Origin: Octopus bimaculoides
Taxonomy: Eukaryota
Length of the DNA: 64,000 bases
NCBI RefSeq assembly: GCF_001194135.2
Contig: NC_068996.1
Coordinates: 55,744,401 to 55,808,400 of the forward strand
Direction of reading: 5' to 3'
Below are positions 13,371 to 26,983 of this stretch, in pieces. Under the pieces are notes generated by a model. It was not told the DNA's origin and ran no database searches. It saw only the letters and a list, made by a program, of their open reading frames with translations. A program made the translations under genes and the position numbers. Position 1 is the stretch's first letter, and every line of letters begins with the position of its first letter.

Positions 13371-14526
13371 TTCGTATAATAATAATCCATCATTTCTTCA
13401 GCAATTGAAATGTGAATAAATGTTTAATGAAAGACGTATATTATTTTGATATTACATGTTAAAGACTATACAAGAGTATCTGAGCCATCAAAAATGGTGG
13501 CGGTATTGTTGAAAAATGTACATGATGAAAGTTGCTACTGAGAGTATGAGGCTGTAAATAAGAATGCCAAAATAACAGGAAAATAAGAAAATTATATTCA
13601 TCATTCCTGAAATATTATACAGGTTTGATTACTTTTAATATATAGAACAGATTCGTGGCTTTGAACTAACAGGATGTCATGCAGAGGATCTTGAAATAGA
13701 AGACAATGGATGAGAGCCTAATATTCCTAGTTAGATGGAAACTACGGGACCACATGGAGCAGTGCCCTGTGACTACAGGGCACAGTATGTGCAACTGAAA
13801 CCCCTAGGGGCATCCTGAGGGATAACTTAGATAAATAGATAGAAAGAAAGAATATGTCGCAGTCAATTCCTTATTCTACATTACTTTATTTTCGACAATA
13901 GATGCTCTCCATAATTTCACGAACGTTGTACATATATATGTCTTAAAAACTAGCAAATTACATTTGTAATTTATACGTGGGGATATGATTTTACAAACAG
14001 GTTACCTCTTCTAAAAGTTTTCAAGTGACCACAGCTTTAGTTTATGCCAAAGTTACAAATGTATACAATAAGCATTTATTATTCACATTTATTGCAAAAC
14101 TTCTCGAAAGACAAAATTTCTTGAATAGACACAAAGAAGCACCAACATCTATTGGCCTTCTCAATTTTCAGTCTGCAATTACAAAGCAACTCTTTTTTTT
14201 GCTCTGCTTAAATCTAGAAATACTTTCGTACAATGTAAAAAGTAAACAGGTTCAGGTGGAATTCATGGTTCCTCTCAGTTAGTTGAATATAAAACCAATA
14301 AGGGAATATAGTTGAATACATATGAAGTAGAATGATTAATTAAACGTGTTGAATATATATTGATGAGCCATAGCGTATTTACATATATCGATTAGATTTG
14401 CCAATGAGAAAAAGTAGAAAATTGAATCAAGCACCGGAATTTATGAACATAAAAACATTAGTTGAACGTGATGAGTCAAGGAATTGATCAGAACGAGGTT
14501 TCTAATACAAAAAATTAGTAATAATA

Positions 14527-14627
<101 letters not shown>

Positions 14628-15119
14628 AATAATGATGATGATAATTCCAGGTTATGTCAAACATTTTAGAAAGTAAATGATATAAAGGAATAAATTCAAC
14701 AGCTTCAAACGGTTGTCTCACTCACAAAAACAGTATAAATGCAAATACACGTGCCGTATTATATATTGAGTTGGAGCAATGGTTCGTACTGCTTTGCATA
14801 TTTCCTGAAAGGTGACATTTCAACACGTCTTTCTATACGATTACTGTGTGAATAATTTCTTTTCACTGTTTTTACTTTAAAAGTGAAAGAAAAAGCAAGA
14901 AACGGGATAAGAGCTTTGCCATTTAATGCTCTTTCATTTCCTGAAAGGAAATAAACACTACAGAAACATCAAAAAAGATACGTGCAATTAATGGAGGTGG
15001 TATCTTAGTTGAGTAAGTGGTTTTGCTAGGTTTAGGAGTGAAACGTTTGATCTGGAAGATCAAGAACATTCTGGCAGGACTACGGTTATTGAGGAGGAGA
15101 ACCAAATCGAAAAACAATC

Positions 15120-15880
15120 CAGGTCAGAAGGTACATTTTTAACATACGACTGTTATAAGGTATTTAAAAACACCTAGATTCATGAATCGTTATGACATTT
15201 GGGTGCCTCGTTATTTAATGGAAAAATAAATTTAATGGATGCATTTCCACCTGCAATTCTCAACTCAAACAAAACAAAACGATCCATTTTTTTTTTTTTA
15301 AGGGCAATCACAGATGAAAGAAAAGTGGATTGTTTACAACCATGGGGAGCAATAGAAGATCCTGCAGAAAATGAAATGAATGACCAATAATCTCTCCAAA
15401 AGCCGGTCTGTATCTGAAGAAGGTGACATTTCTTTATGTAGTGGGGTTGGAAAGGCATTGTGTATTACAAGCTCGTTCTGCAATACCAGATGTTGAATTC
15501 AGACAATTATTGTTCCTAATTAAACCAAGTTAAAGGATACAATTGATGAAAAGCATCCAGAAATGGTTAATCAGAATTGAGTCATTTTCCTTCAGGACAA
15601 AGTTACACTTCATGTTTCCTTATAGACCCAGCAGAAATTGGAAATTCTTGAATGGGATATTCTGCTACACCCACTGTACTCATTTGGCTATGCTCCTTTG
15701 GACTTGAATTTATTTGGATCCCTACAAAATTCTTCAATTCTTTGGAAGGCTGTAAAAACCAGTTTGACCAACTCATGACTCAGAAAGATGCCAAGTTCTG
15801 AGAGGATGGGATCGTGAAGTAGCTTCAAAAGTGGCAAAAGGTAGTGGAACAAAAATGGGAAATATGTGGGTGTGTAAAGG
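15120..15880 (+). mobile_element. mariner (DD34D-type) transposase fossil
   Basis: WVPRYL, ITDE.KWIVYN, GWKGIVYYKL, VIFLQDK, HPLYSFGYAPLD and KWQKVVEQ motifs across broken frames. Confidence 0.85.
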
Positions 15881-16149
15881 TAGGTGAAAATATCTAAATA
15901 CTGCTTTTGAATTTGACTTAAAATACATTACGGACATTTATTCCAATCTCAGATGTTGATTAGCCAATGTAATATACTTAGAGAAAACTGCTTTCGAAGC
16001 ATTACATCAGTTTCAAAATATTATTCTAGTTTCACCCATAGCAACCAACAGATTTAAGCGGGCGTTGTGTACCAAAAGAACATTCTTGACAATGCCTGCG
16101 TAGAGGGAGTTCGGGGGTTTCCCGATGCCCTCATATCAGAGGAGATGTC

Positions 16150-16300
16150 TCAGTGTGTCACGATTTTGCCCAGAAAAACTACATTAAGAGTACACGTGTC
16201 TAACACACACGTGTCAGCGGAACACACAGCCACTTACCTGCTAATATAACGAGTAGGTTGTTCAGTTGACGGAATCAACAAAGGATCCATTATCATGAAA
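16150..16300 (+). mobile_element. Diverged 3' tail of SINE family C
   Basis: GTGTGTCACG...AACTACATTAAGAGTACACGTGTC...CAGCCACTT matches the 5764-6196 tail. Confidence 0.6.
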
Positions 16301-17135
16301 TATGTAAATATAAGTGTTTGTTTGTGTGTATCCATGCATGTATGTAAATGGATATGAGTCTGTGTGTATATACTATGTGCATGTAGATGGTTTTCTAAGT
16401 ATGTGTGTGCATGTATGTTATGTATGTATATTCACGTATATATTACTTTCATCTACGGTTATATAAGTATGTGTGTGTGTATCTGTATGATATATTCACA
16501 TGCATACATTAATACAAATATATATTAATATCTCCATCTCTATCTGTTTATCTCTTTTTATATAAGTGTGTATGTATGTGTCAATATACACCTTCAGATA
16601 TTTTTACATAATTGGACGCATGTATGTGTGCGTGTATATTTATATATTTATTTTTATATTTTTATGTTATTGTATGCATGTATGTGTGCGTGTGTGTGTA
16701 TTTCTGTCTGTTTGCATGTATATGTATATGTATGTGCAAATATATATTTCCTCTGCGACCTACGCAAAGGTAGGAGCTTAATTTTTATTCCGTGCCCGAT
16801 TTCCACCATGCTTCTTCGAAAAGTGAGCTATTTGTGGTTTCCGAAGTCATGTGACTCCTATCTCTAGCAAAGCTGGAACTCTTCCAGTACCAGCATATTT
16901 TTTAAAACTTACTTGTACGGTTCACGCTTTGAATGGCCACTAATATTATTAATTCTATTATTAATAATATACTTATCAGGTGGTGCTATTAAGTTAGATA
17001 TGGCCTGGACCAATCTTTGGTCGAAACAAATCTAAGTTTTATCTAAGTTTTTATATATACATATATATATGTGTGTGTGTGCGTGTGTGTGTGTGTGTGT
17101 GTATGTGTGTGTGTATATATATATATATATACATA

Positions 17136-17189
<54 letters not shown>

Positions 17190-17200
17190 GATAGATAGAT

Positions 17201-17595
17201 AGGCGCAGGCGTGGCTGTGTGGTAAGAAGCTTGCTTTCCAATCACAAGGTTCCGGGTTCAGTCCCACTGCGTAGCACTTTGGGCAAGTGCCTTCTACTGT
17301 AGCCTCGGGCCGACTAAAGCATTGTAAGTGGATTTGATAGACAGAAACTGAAAGAAGCCTGTCGTATACATATATACATATATATGTATATGTGTGTTTT
17401 TGTGCCCCCGCCATCGCTTGACAACCGATGTTGGTGTGTTTACGTCCCCGTAACTTAGCGGTTCGGTAAAAGATACCGATAGAATAAGTACTAGGTTTAC
17501 AAAGAATAAGTCCCGGAGTCGATTTGTTCGACTAAAGGTGGTCCTTCAGCATGGCCGCAACCAAATGACTGAAACAAATAAAAGAGTAAAAGAAT
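17201..17595 (+). mobile_element. SINE family A, full-length reference copy with internal microsatellite
   Basis: GGCGCAGGCGTGGCTGTGTGGTAAGAAG (A box), GGTTCAGTCCC (B box), body to GAAGCCTGTCG, (TA/TG)n, then tail to AAAAGAGTAAAAGA. Confidence 0.9.
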
Positions 17596-17638
17596 GTATA
17601 TATATATATATATTTACATACATACATACATACATACA

Positions 17639-18465
17639 CAGGGTGCGATGTATAAGTTGTCGCCATTTTATATTTTTAATTTCGCGCATGCGCATTGTTT
17701 ATTTTTGATTTCGTCGACTATACAGTATAGGAGGGTTAGTCAGGCACCGTATATGAGAAAAACAGCGCGATGATGCAATTCAGTCTGCTAGAAATTTGGA
17801 AATGACATTCTGTACTGTTTGGCATTCACACTGGAAGCTCCAATATGAACAAATGGTGAACACACAGAGCAACCATTGGCTTCTCATATCTCCAAAACAT
17901 GTTCCGAGAGCGATAAAAATCAAACATCCAGTCAAAATACATACATACATACATACATACATACATACATACATACATACATACATACATGTTGGTTGCT
18001 TACTCATTACTGAGTCAAGAGGGTAGCTGCTGGAAGACCCTATGTCTGGCAACAGGACTCTGCACCATGTCACACAAGCAGGAGAACCCAGTCATGGCTG
18101 TCAGACAATTTCTACAACCACATCACCCCTATCATCTGGCCACCAAACTACCCAGACTGCAACCCCCTTGATTATTATGTGTAGGGTGCAGTTAAACGAG
18201 AGACCAATAAAACTCCTTGAAACGCCAAAGATGAAGCGAAAGCAAGGATTATGGCAGCATTCACCAACTTAAATAAGGAGACCGTTCAGAAGAGTTGCAG
18301 GAGATTCCATGGTTGAAGTCATTGCCGATTTTATTGAATAAATTTAGTCTTTAGTATTTCAAAACATTTTGATGTAATTTTGGTAAAATATATCTATTAA
18401 AATGAAATGTCAGTGTTGTTTTCATTTTTGCGTAATTTAGACAACAATTTATTCATTGCACCCTG
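17639..18465 (+). mobile_element. Internally deleted DD37D (maT)-type Tc1/mariner element with both TIRs
   Basis: CAGGGTGCGATGTATAAGTTGTC versus reverse complement of the right end CAGGGTGCAATGAATAAATTGTTG; right TA intact; WPPNYPDCNPLDYYV motif. Confidence 0.85.
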
Positions 18466-18490
18466 TACACACACGCGTACACGCGCGCAT

Positions 18491-18547
<57 letters not shown>

Positions 18548-19895
18548 AAGGCGGATTGTTGACATGGTTTAGGAATGTTATATAAACACTGAAAACTCTC
18601 CTAATTTCTGTGACAGATGCTAATATTTTTTTTTTAATGTTTACCGAAGAGAAGTTATGTTTCTTCTATCAGCGACATCAATATAATTCTGTCGTAACAT
18701 TTGTTTAAACGTTTTCTTTAGTTGAAGCCGATATTATTGTTGTTGTTAACCTCAAACCGAGTAAGGCCTTGTGAGTGAATTCAGCAGACGGAAACTGAAA
18801 GAAGCATACACACAGCGCACGCGCGCACACAAGCACACGCACACAAACACACAACACAGATACACAGACACACACATGCACACGCACATGCACACGCACG
18901 CACACACAACGCACACTCACACAGCGCACACACACACAACGCACGCGCGCGCGCATATATAAGGGTCCGGTCGCTCTCGAGCGCTACTGGCAACATGTAA
19001 CGTAGTGCAACCTGTTGCAAGGTCGGGTCCTCGGTGATTAAGCCGGTTACCCCATCAAGCTTGCTTGGTGAGGAGGGGACACACTGCGGGATGAAAAAGA
19101 AAACCCGTCAAAAGGTGGAGGAATTCAGGTGAGTGAGCCGCCATCCAATAATGTGTAGCTGAGTATGTATATATGACGTACAAAGACTCCATGTTGGTGA
19201 CCAATGACGCAGTAAGTCCACTTGGAATGAAGGACTCCTGGTTTTTCTCAAAGCATCTCTCAAGGAGAAGGCTAACCTGTATATGAAATCCCCGCTCTAC
19301 TGAGCCGGATACCTTGAACTTTGCTTGTTCCTGGGTTCTTTGGTATTGTTAGTGAGAACTATTGTGGTGTTGTGCTGCTTGCACTCTACTTAAAACACTT
19401 GCACGGCCATTGCTGACACACTTACCTCTCAACGATGGTCATGTTCGTCTAACGAGTAAGCAACCAGCATGTATGTATGCATGCATGTATGTATGTATGT
19501 ATGTATGTATGTTTGTATGCATGCATGTATGTATGTGTGTGTGTATGTATGTATGTATGTTCTCTTGTGTTTTTAATTATTTGAATTCTTGCCGTGAGGA
19601 TGGAGGTGGTCTCTAATAAAGACACAAAGCTCCATTGTTGGAATGTAGACAACAAAAGCCATATGACATTCTAAACTCGAAGAAAGTCTTGCACATTTTT
19701 ACTGTTCCACTTAGAGATTGTATTTGTAATGAACAAGTTATTTGGTTGATTTCTTTTCTCTGGAAACCCTAGCTTATCCAGACTGGCATTTAATCACAAA
19801 ACCAATTGCACCAATTTTTAGGGGTATAAAAGTGAATTTATAATCTGCATACAGAAGCTGCAGTTTTTGTAGCAGTTCTCCATAGTTAGCCTGTC

Positions 19896-19952
<57 letters not shown>

Positions 19953-19959
19953 CTGTTTA

Positions 19960-20158
19960 TGATTTCTCCACCACCGCTTGACAACAGGTTTTTGTTTATG
20001 TTCCTGTAACTTAACAGTTCAGCAAAAAGAGACCGATAATGTATGTAGTAGGTTCTAAAAAATAGGTACTGGGGTTGGGTTGTTCGACCAAACCCTTGAA
20101 AGTAGTGCTCCAGCATGGCTGCAGTCCAGTGACTGAAGCAAGTAAAAGATAAAAGATA
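19960..20158 (+). mobile_element. SINE family A, 3' tail
   Basis: CCACCGCTTGACAAC...GTAACTTAACAGTTCAGCAAAAAGAGACCGAT...CAGCATGGCTGCAGTCCAGTGACTGAAGCAAGTAAAAGA. Confidence 0.82.
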
Positions 20159-20879
20159 ATGTCCAGGCTATGACTTTAAACTGCCTCCAGTAGTGAGGCC
20201 CTGATCCAGGAGTTCCAGGATTTTGTGGAGTGTGGAAATACCTCTTAGCCTCTGTTCTTCGTAGCACCTTTCAGGGTCCAAGCTATTGGTTAAACAGCAT
20301 ATTAGGGCTCGCCAGCCTATGTATTTGAAGACTGGGTCCGGTGAACGCTGTGGTAGAAACTCTCGTAGTTCAACGGGAAGGAAGACTGCAGCAAGGCATT
20401 GTGGAGTTCAGAGATGAGATGAGGTAAGATATCTTGGTCATCCACTCCGTCCATCTCCATCCCAGTCGTCTTAACCTGGTCTTGACCCCTGGATCGAAGA
20501 TGGTCATAGAATGTGAGAGCAAAGATGACTGTGCACAACTCTTCTTCATTTTAAATAAAGTCACCGTGTTTCACCCTTAAGGGTGGCTAAGTGGCTTTTG
20601 TCTCTCTGAATATGACGACAGGCTACATAGAAAGAAACCAGGCGAAAATAGCAATAATATAAATAAAAAGGCAGGTTTCACTAAACTCTCGCTACCAAAA
20701 ATCTAATGCATAAATGGGAGGAATGTGCTTTTATTCTTCATGCGCATTTTACAGAGACATTGTTCCAAAAGCTATGGAACTATGGTGATATATTCTGATA
20801 AAATTCACAGAGAGAGCAATTAGGGCCCAGTCTAAACGTAACTTAGATCAACAGAACAGCTCAATTAGAAAGTTACATT

Positions 20880-21715
20880 CAACAGAAGTCAACAAGGTTT
20901 GGTCGATTGCATCCACTCAAGCCCAACAAAAGTCAACAGTGGACTGTTTCGGGACCACTTCTCTTCGTAGTTTATATAAACAACATCTCAAGTGTCACCA
21001 AGCACAACAAAATGACTCTAAGTTTTAAAAAGTTATCAATAGGAAGACCGAATTAAACTTCAGTCTCATCTGCAGTAAATTAGTGGACGTAGAAAAACCA
21101 CATATTGTTAAATGAGGGAAAATATGAACTGATGCACTTCAGAAAAGAGAATGCTCCCAAACAATCATATTCTCTTCTTTTAGGAGAACTATTCATGAAA
21201 TCCAATGACATCGGGGCCATAGGAGTAACTGTTGACGACAATGTCGGCTGGAGCGTTCACGTCAACAATAAAGTCGATATGGCTTTCAGAATAATCTCTT
21301 GAATCCTCAGACCTTTCCGATTCAGAGAGTTGAATGCCATCATTCCCCTTTTCTCCTCCTCCCCTTGTAGTCTCTTCATACCAAACAGAACATTACGAGA
21401 ACTGAGTCATCCCAAACACCATTCACTAAAAATATGACCCATCTTCATTATTGGAACTACTTTAAAATATTGAATCTTTATTCCCTCCAGCACCACCGTG
21501 AACGCTACATCATTTGCGCAATAAGGAGAATATTTCACAAACGACCTTAACATCAAACTTGGAATTCATCCAAGGCTGGAGCCACATTATATACGTTCCC
21601 TACCATACAACCATACCATACCATACCATACAACGCATAAATACCCTGTTACACGTTTTCTCTTCCTCAACTCTTGAACCGGGCTCCTACTGACGGATGC
21701 AGACTAAACTAACAT
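20880..21715 (+). mobile_element. Degenerate CR1-like LINE, RT C-terminus and 3' tail
   Basis: LLNEGKYELMHF, GVTVDDNVGWSVHVN and LNLYSLQHHRERYII; 3' tail CCTACTGACGGATGCAG shared with 28100-28120. Confidence 0.75.
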
Positions 21716-22144
21716 AAAAAGACATTAATAACAAATCATTATTCAACATTATTTAACTTGTTTTTAATCGTCCTGCTGTATAAAGTTCTTGCAGTCAACT
21801 GTGGTCAGCTGAAGAATAGAAACGCAGATAGACCCATTCGTCAAAATGTAAAGTGGCCTTGTAGAGCGAACGGTAAAGGGCCACCAAATACTCTCTTTGT
21901 AAACGACAAGACAGCAGATAGAAATAGCGAAAGCCATACCCAATGTGAAGTGTGTGAAAACTATTTTGTCAATAAGAGAATTTTAACAAAAGCACTAAGA
22001 ACTATGAAGAAGAGTAGGATGCTTCGTTGTGATATACGTGGGAAGAAAAGAAGAAAAACTCTGTCTCTAAAAATAAGTTTATAATGCACAAAACAATTTC
22101 ATACACATTTTCCATTTGCGGTTGCTTTAAAATACTTACAATGA

Positions 22145-22249
<105 letters not shown>

Positions 22250-22859
22250 CATGTTGGATTTTATGTGAAGTTATTTGTAAAAGAATAACAATTTTATATT
22301 AAACTGTAGAATTACTCAATACTTTTTTAGCAGACTACATATTTATGGCGTAAGGAAAATTTGACAGTAACTTCGAAGTTTTGGCTTGCTATATAAATAC
22401 GCACACACAATGCATGCAAACATACATGCATACACACACGCACATACACACACATATCCCTGAAGTTTTGACACATTAGTAACAGACGGAGTTATAATAC
22501 CTGTCCTAAATTATTCTAATTTCAGTATATTATTATTATACATTGTGATGGCGAAAGTCGTACAGAGTGGGTATATTACTCAAATAAATATTTGGATATG
22601 GTTATCAAGAATAACCTTTCGTAGAATGAATATGTTTACACAGAACGCACTGCGTACTGCTCCAAACGCAGCTACGACATTAAACTAACACGATAACCAA
22701 TACAGACGGTCAACGCTGTCAACTATTGACACTTCATACAGTTTCTTTATTTTGTTGAAATGCGTTAGTCCACTTTCAGTCACGTAGAGGTGGTCAGGAT
22801 CCTTCCACAACATACATCTAATAAGAGGACCTGCCCACTTTTATTATTCTAGATTAAAG

Positions 22860-23572
22860 GAGAGAGACGGCTATAACTTCGAACGCATCCTACTAAACAC
22901 TGCTGGACATGGTTGATTAGTCTACAGAATGCAGTCGGGATATGAAGACAATTTGGAAGTTCACTATACAAAACGATACAGAAACTTATGAAATGCTCCA
23001 GACTGGTCGTGGATTCATTTGTATGAGCCGAGAATCCGTTTTTCGCTGGCAAAGTAAGTCCACCGGGATGCTCATGATGAGTCACTTTTTCGGCCACAAA
23101 GGCATCATCAACATTCACTTGATTCCCTCTGGCCAGATGACCAACAAAGAATACTTTGCTGGGGTTTTGAGAGAGTTCAGGAAAAGATTTCATCTCAAAA
23201 GGCCAGAGCAGCTGCACCAGGACAATGCACCAGTCCACGATTCCATTCTGGTAACCAACGACTTGATGGAGGTGGGCATCAAAACTGTCCTTCACTCTCC
23301 CTACAGTCCAGACGCAGTGACTTTTGGTTGTTCCGTAAGCAGAAGGAGATGATGAAGAAGGCTGTTGACAAAGATCCTGGAGGTCCTGGTTGGTGACAAA
23401 GGTCCTTTACTTTGGAGGGCTTCCAAGAAGCCTTCATGAAGTGGCTGCAGTGCTACATGTGCATTCGAGTCAGAGGATCGTCCTACTTTGAAGAAGATTA
23501 GAGTTTCGGACTTCTTTGAAATTAATAAATGACTCTTGAAAAACTTTCAAAATTTTTTGAATGTACCTTGTG
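22860..23572 (+). mobile_element. mariner (DD34D-type) transposase fossil with internal deletion
   Basis: ORF 22942-23352: TETYEMLQT, FFGHKGII, LHQDNAPVH, HSPYSPD. Confidence 0.85.
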
Positions 23573-23688
23573 TGTATTTGCATATACATACATACACAAC
23601 CCCCCCCACACACACACACACACACACGTGTCCAGAAGTTGTTAACTTCATGCCAATCAGTCGGTCAGCCTATCTTCGGATGCAATTT

Positions 23689-23766
<78 letters not shown>

Positions 23767-23794
23767 TGTGTGTGCGTGTGTGTGTGTAGCTCAG

Positions 23795-24558
23795 ACATAA
23801 CAGTTTTACCCGAAGTACCTGCCTCAGCTTCTCCCACGATCTCAAAACGGTTCCGGAACTCGGTGCATGCAGTCCTCACTGTGACTGTAGGAAGATTTTC
23901 GAACATTTCTTTGATCTTGTCCACCAGTGCGGCGTTGGTGTCGCAACTACAGCGGTTTGGTATATTTCCCAATTGCGCCTCACAATCCATGAGGCTACAA
24001 TCGAGGGAATAAGGAGGCCAGAAATTGGGGATGATGAAGCTGTAGAAATTCTCCGACAATCACTTCAGGCTCTTTCCGGAGGTATGGCAAGATACCAAAT
24101 CCTGCTGCCACATATATGTTCTTCCAGCTGCAATCCTCTCCAGTTAAGCATTGACCACAGTTTCCAGTAGCTTCACATAACCGACTGAATTCAGCCTAAG
24201 GCTCTGTTCAAAGATGACGGGTATGAATTCCGGCATGCACAGTTAAGACGGCCGCACTGTCCCTTCCTGCTGGCCACAAGTTCGTAGTCTCCGTTGCAGC
24301 TGTCCATGTCACGTCTTACAGATTTTACAGTATTCATAGAGCATTGATGTCGGCATTTTGACACCCGGCATGAATCAACATAATACAGGTAACTATTTCC
24401 CAATATTCAAATGGCTTCCAGTCATCCATGTCAGCTAACTTTTTCTCAACTACGACTTTGATCGTTATGCTCTCCAACACCATTGACTTGTACCAATGCA
24501 TCAAACTGTTCCTGAAAAACGAGGAATAGAAGTCGTCAAATTTAGCCTGAACGCTCTG
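23795..24558 (-). mobile_element. DD37D (maT)-type fossil
   Basis: Minus translation YMWQQDLVSCHTSG and FWPPYSLDCSLMD...RTACTEFRNRFE; 5' end CAGAGCGTTCAGGCTAAATTTGAC resembles the TIR at 61163. Confidence 0.78.
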
Positions 24559-24659
24559 CATATACATACATACACTCACACATACATACGTATGCACACA
24601 TGCATACACACACACGCACGCGCGCGCACACACCTACACACATACACACACAAATATAT

Positions 24660-24790
24660 ATGACGGGCCTCTTTCAGTTTCCGTCTACCAGATCCATCTA
24701 TGATAGAAGATACTCGCCCAAGGTGCCACGCACTAGGACTGAACCGGGAACCATGTGGTTGGGAAGCAAACTTCTAACTACATAACCACT
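24660..24790 (-). mobile_element. SINE family A head, internally deleted
   Basis: Reverse complement of TTTGCTTCCCAACCACATGGTTCCCGGTTCAGTCC...GGCACCTTGGGCGAG. Confidence 0.82.
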
Positions 24791-24881
24791 CAATACAAAA
24801 AGGACATGATCATTAAAATTCGTACAAACCCCTTTCTGATGTCTGTATAATAAAAAAAAAAAGTTCAATTTTAAGAAGACA

Positions 24882-24927
24882 CACTTTTCACTATTCAATC
24901 ACACTGCCACCTCCACCACCACCATCA

Positions 24928-24966
<39 letters not shown>

Positions 24967-25120
24967 NNNNNNNNNNNNNNNNNNNNNNNNNNNNNNNNNN
25001 NNNNNNNNNNNNNNNNNNNNNNNNNNNNNNNNNNNNNNNNNNNNNNNNNNNNNNNNNNNNNNNNNNNNNNNNNNNNNNNNNNNNNNNNNNNNNNNNNNNN
25101 NNNNNNNNNNNNNNNNNNNN

Positions 25121-25173
<53 letters not shown>

Positions 25174-26416
25174 CTTTCTTTAACATCACCATCAGAGCAT
25201 CTGTTAAAATTATATTTTTAACTCTCCTCCTCTATATCATCACTATCTTCAAACTAACTTTTTTAACCACGAAATAAATATTACGTTCCCCCTACCTCAC
25301 GTCATGGATGCTTCTCTCTCTCTCCCTTTTTCTCCCTCCCACTTTTTCTTTCTCCCTCTTTCTGTCTCACTCTTCGCTTTATCCTCTTTTTCTTTCTCCT
25401 CTTTTTTCTTTCAACTAATTACTTACAGTCCCTCTACCTCACATCATAGACGCTTCTCTCTCCCTCATTTTCTCTAATCACGTGAAAGCGTTACTGACGA
25501 GCTAAGTAACGGAATGACAAGCAGAATTATTATAAGATTAGCGGGACCCTTGAATATTTCACGCAATTAATTGTAAACCTATTCGGTTATTCCTGAAAAC
25601 TTTATCCAAAAAGCCAGAAGGCGTAGCCTGTGTTGTGCCTGTATCAAAAGATAGTTGCTCATCTGTCACTCATTGAAATGTGAAAATTTGGAATACGATG
25701 ATCACTTAATGCACTTTATATATACACTTTATATACTTTATGCACAATTTTATAGATTTAATACACAGCACTCATAAAATAAATATGCACTCTTATTTTT
25801 CCATTTTCCCCATAAACAGAAAAAAATTACATTTTAAAATTTATATAGCCACAATTTCATATCTAGAAAACAAAAATTTTATACTAAAAAACTTATTTTA
25901 TATGTAAAATGTAGGGGTCACGATTTCACGGGGGTAAAAATGTAATCCAGCATGGCATACTCTGAACGCCACATCGTTGGTAACTTATGATCTAGGCAAT
26001 GGGTCGGAGTCAATACACATTTCAATTTGTGTACATCTTGCAATCCGATACTTCTTTGCAAACTGTGTTCTTCGTGTAAGTTCTTCCTCTTCTTTTCGGT
26101 GTCTGTTTGTCAGTGTTGATGACTTTAACTCTCGCATCAGATAATTTGCGAGCCCTTGAGAATGCAACATATAGCTGACCATGGCCGAATACAGGTTCAG
26201 GCAAGAACAACACCACTTTATCAAATTTCTGCCCTTGTGATTTATTGATAGTCATTGCATGACAGGCGAACAAGAAACTGGTTTCTTTTTAAAGTGAATG
26301 GCAAGTTTGGGGATATGCATACGTTAAGTGATAGGTGATATAAAAAACTGGTGCAATTGAAAAAAAATTTTTCCACTTTTCACTATGCACTCACCATCAC
26401 CACCTCCACCACCACG

Positions 26417-26466
<50 letters not shown>

Positions 26467-26983
26467 TTTCTTTAATCTTACCATCAGAACATCACCCCTC
26501 TGCTAAAATTATATTCCTTACTCTCCTCTGTATCACTACCTTCAACTAACATTTTTAACCTCATCATAAATATTACGTTCCCCCTACCACATGTCATGGA
26601 CGGTTTCCTCTCCGTCTTTTTCTTTCTCTTTCTTTCTGCCCCACTCTTCTTCTTATCCTCTTTTTCTCTCTCCTTTTTCTTTTTCTTGTTCTCTTTTCTC
26701 TTCAACTAATCAAGTGAAAGCGTTACAATTACATTCTCTCCACCTCACGTCATGGACGCTTCTCTCTCCCCTTTCTCTCTCTCTCTCCCTCTCAGTTTTT
26801 TCTCTCTCCCTCTCAGTCTTTTTCTCTCTCCCTCTCAGTCTTTTTCTCTCTCCCTCTCAGTCTTTTTTTCTCTCCCTCTTTTTCTCTCTCTCAGTCTTTT
26901 TCTCTCTCCCGCTTTTTCTCTAATCACGTGAAAGCGTTACCGACGGGCTAAGTAACGGAATGACAAGCAGAATTATTATAAGA
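24882..26983 (-). mobile_element. Non-autonomous Helitron region: 5' end, helicase remnant, 3' region, then a second 5' end
   Basis: Direct repeat 24882-25537 and 26374-26983, each starting A|TCTTATAATAATTCTGC on the minus strand, flanking a RepHel helicase fragment. Confidence 0.75.
26022..26320 (-). pseudogene. Helitron RepHel PIF1-like helicase C-terminal fragment
   Basis: [14 protein letters not shown] (frameshift) [36 protein letters not shown], the helicase motifs V/VI typical of Helitrons. Confidence 0.92.

Noticed and set aside
18960-19130. GC-rich segment with TCCTCG, sharing GCTTGCTTGGTGAG with 3575-3595; considered as an HDV-like ribozyme in a LINE 5' UTR
   Set aside because: Could not build P1, P2 and P3 pairings; left as an unclassified repeat
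25490-25520. CTGACGA in the Helitron 5' end
   Set aside because: No helix II or GAAA, and the motif is not conserved in the second copy (CCGACGG)
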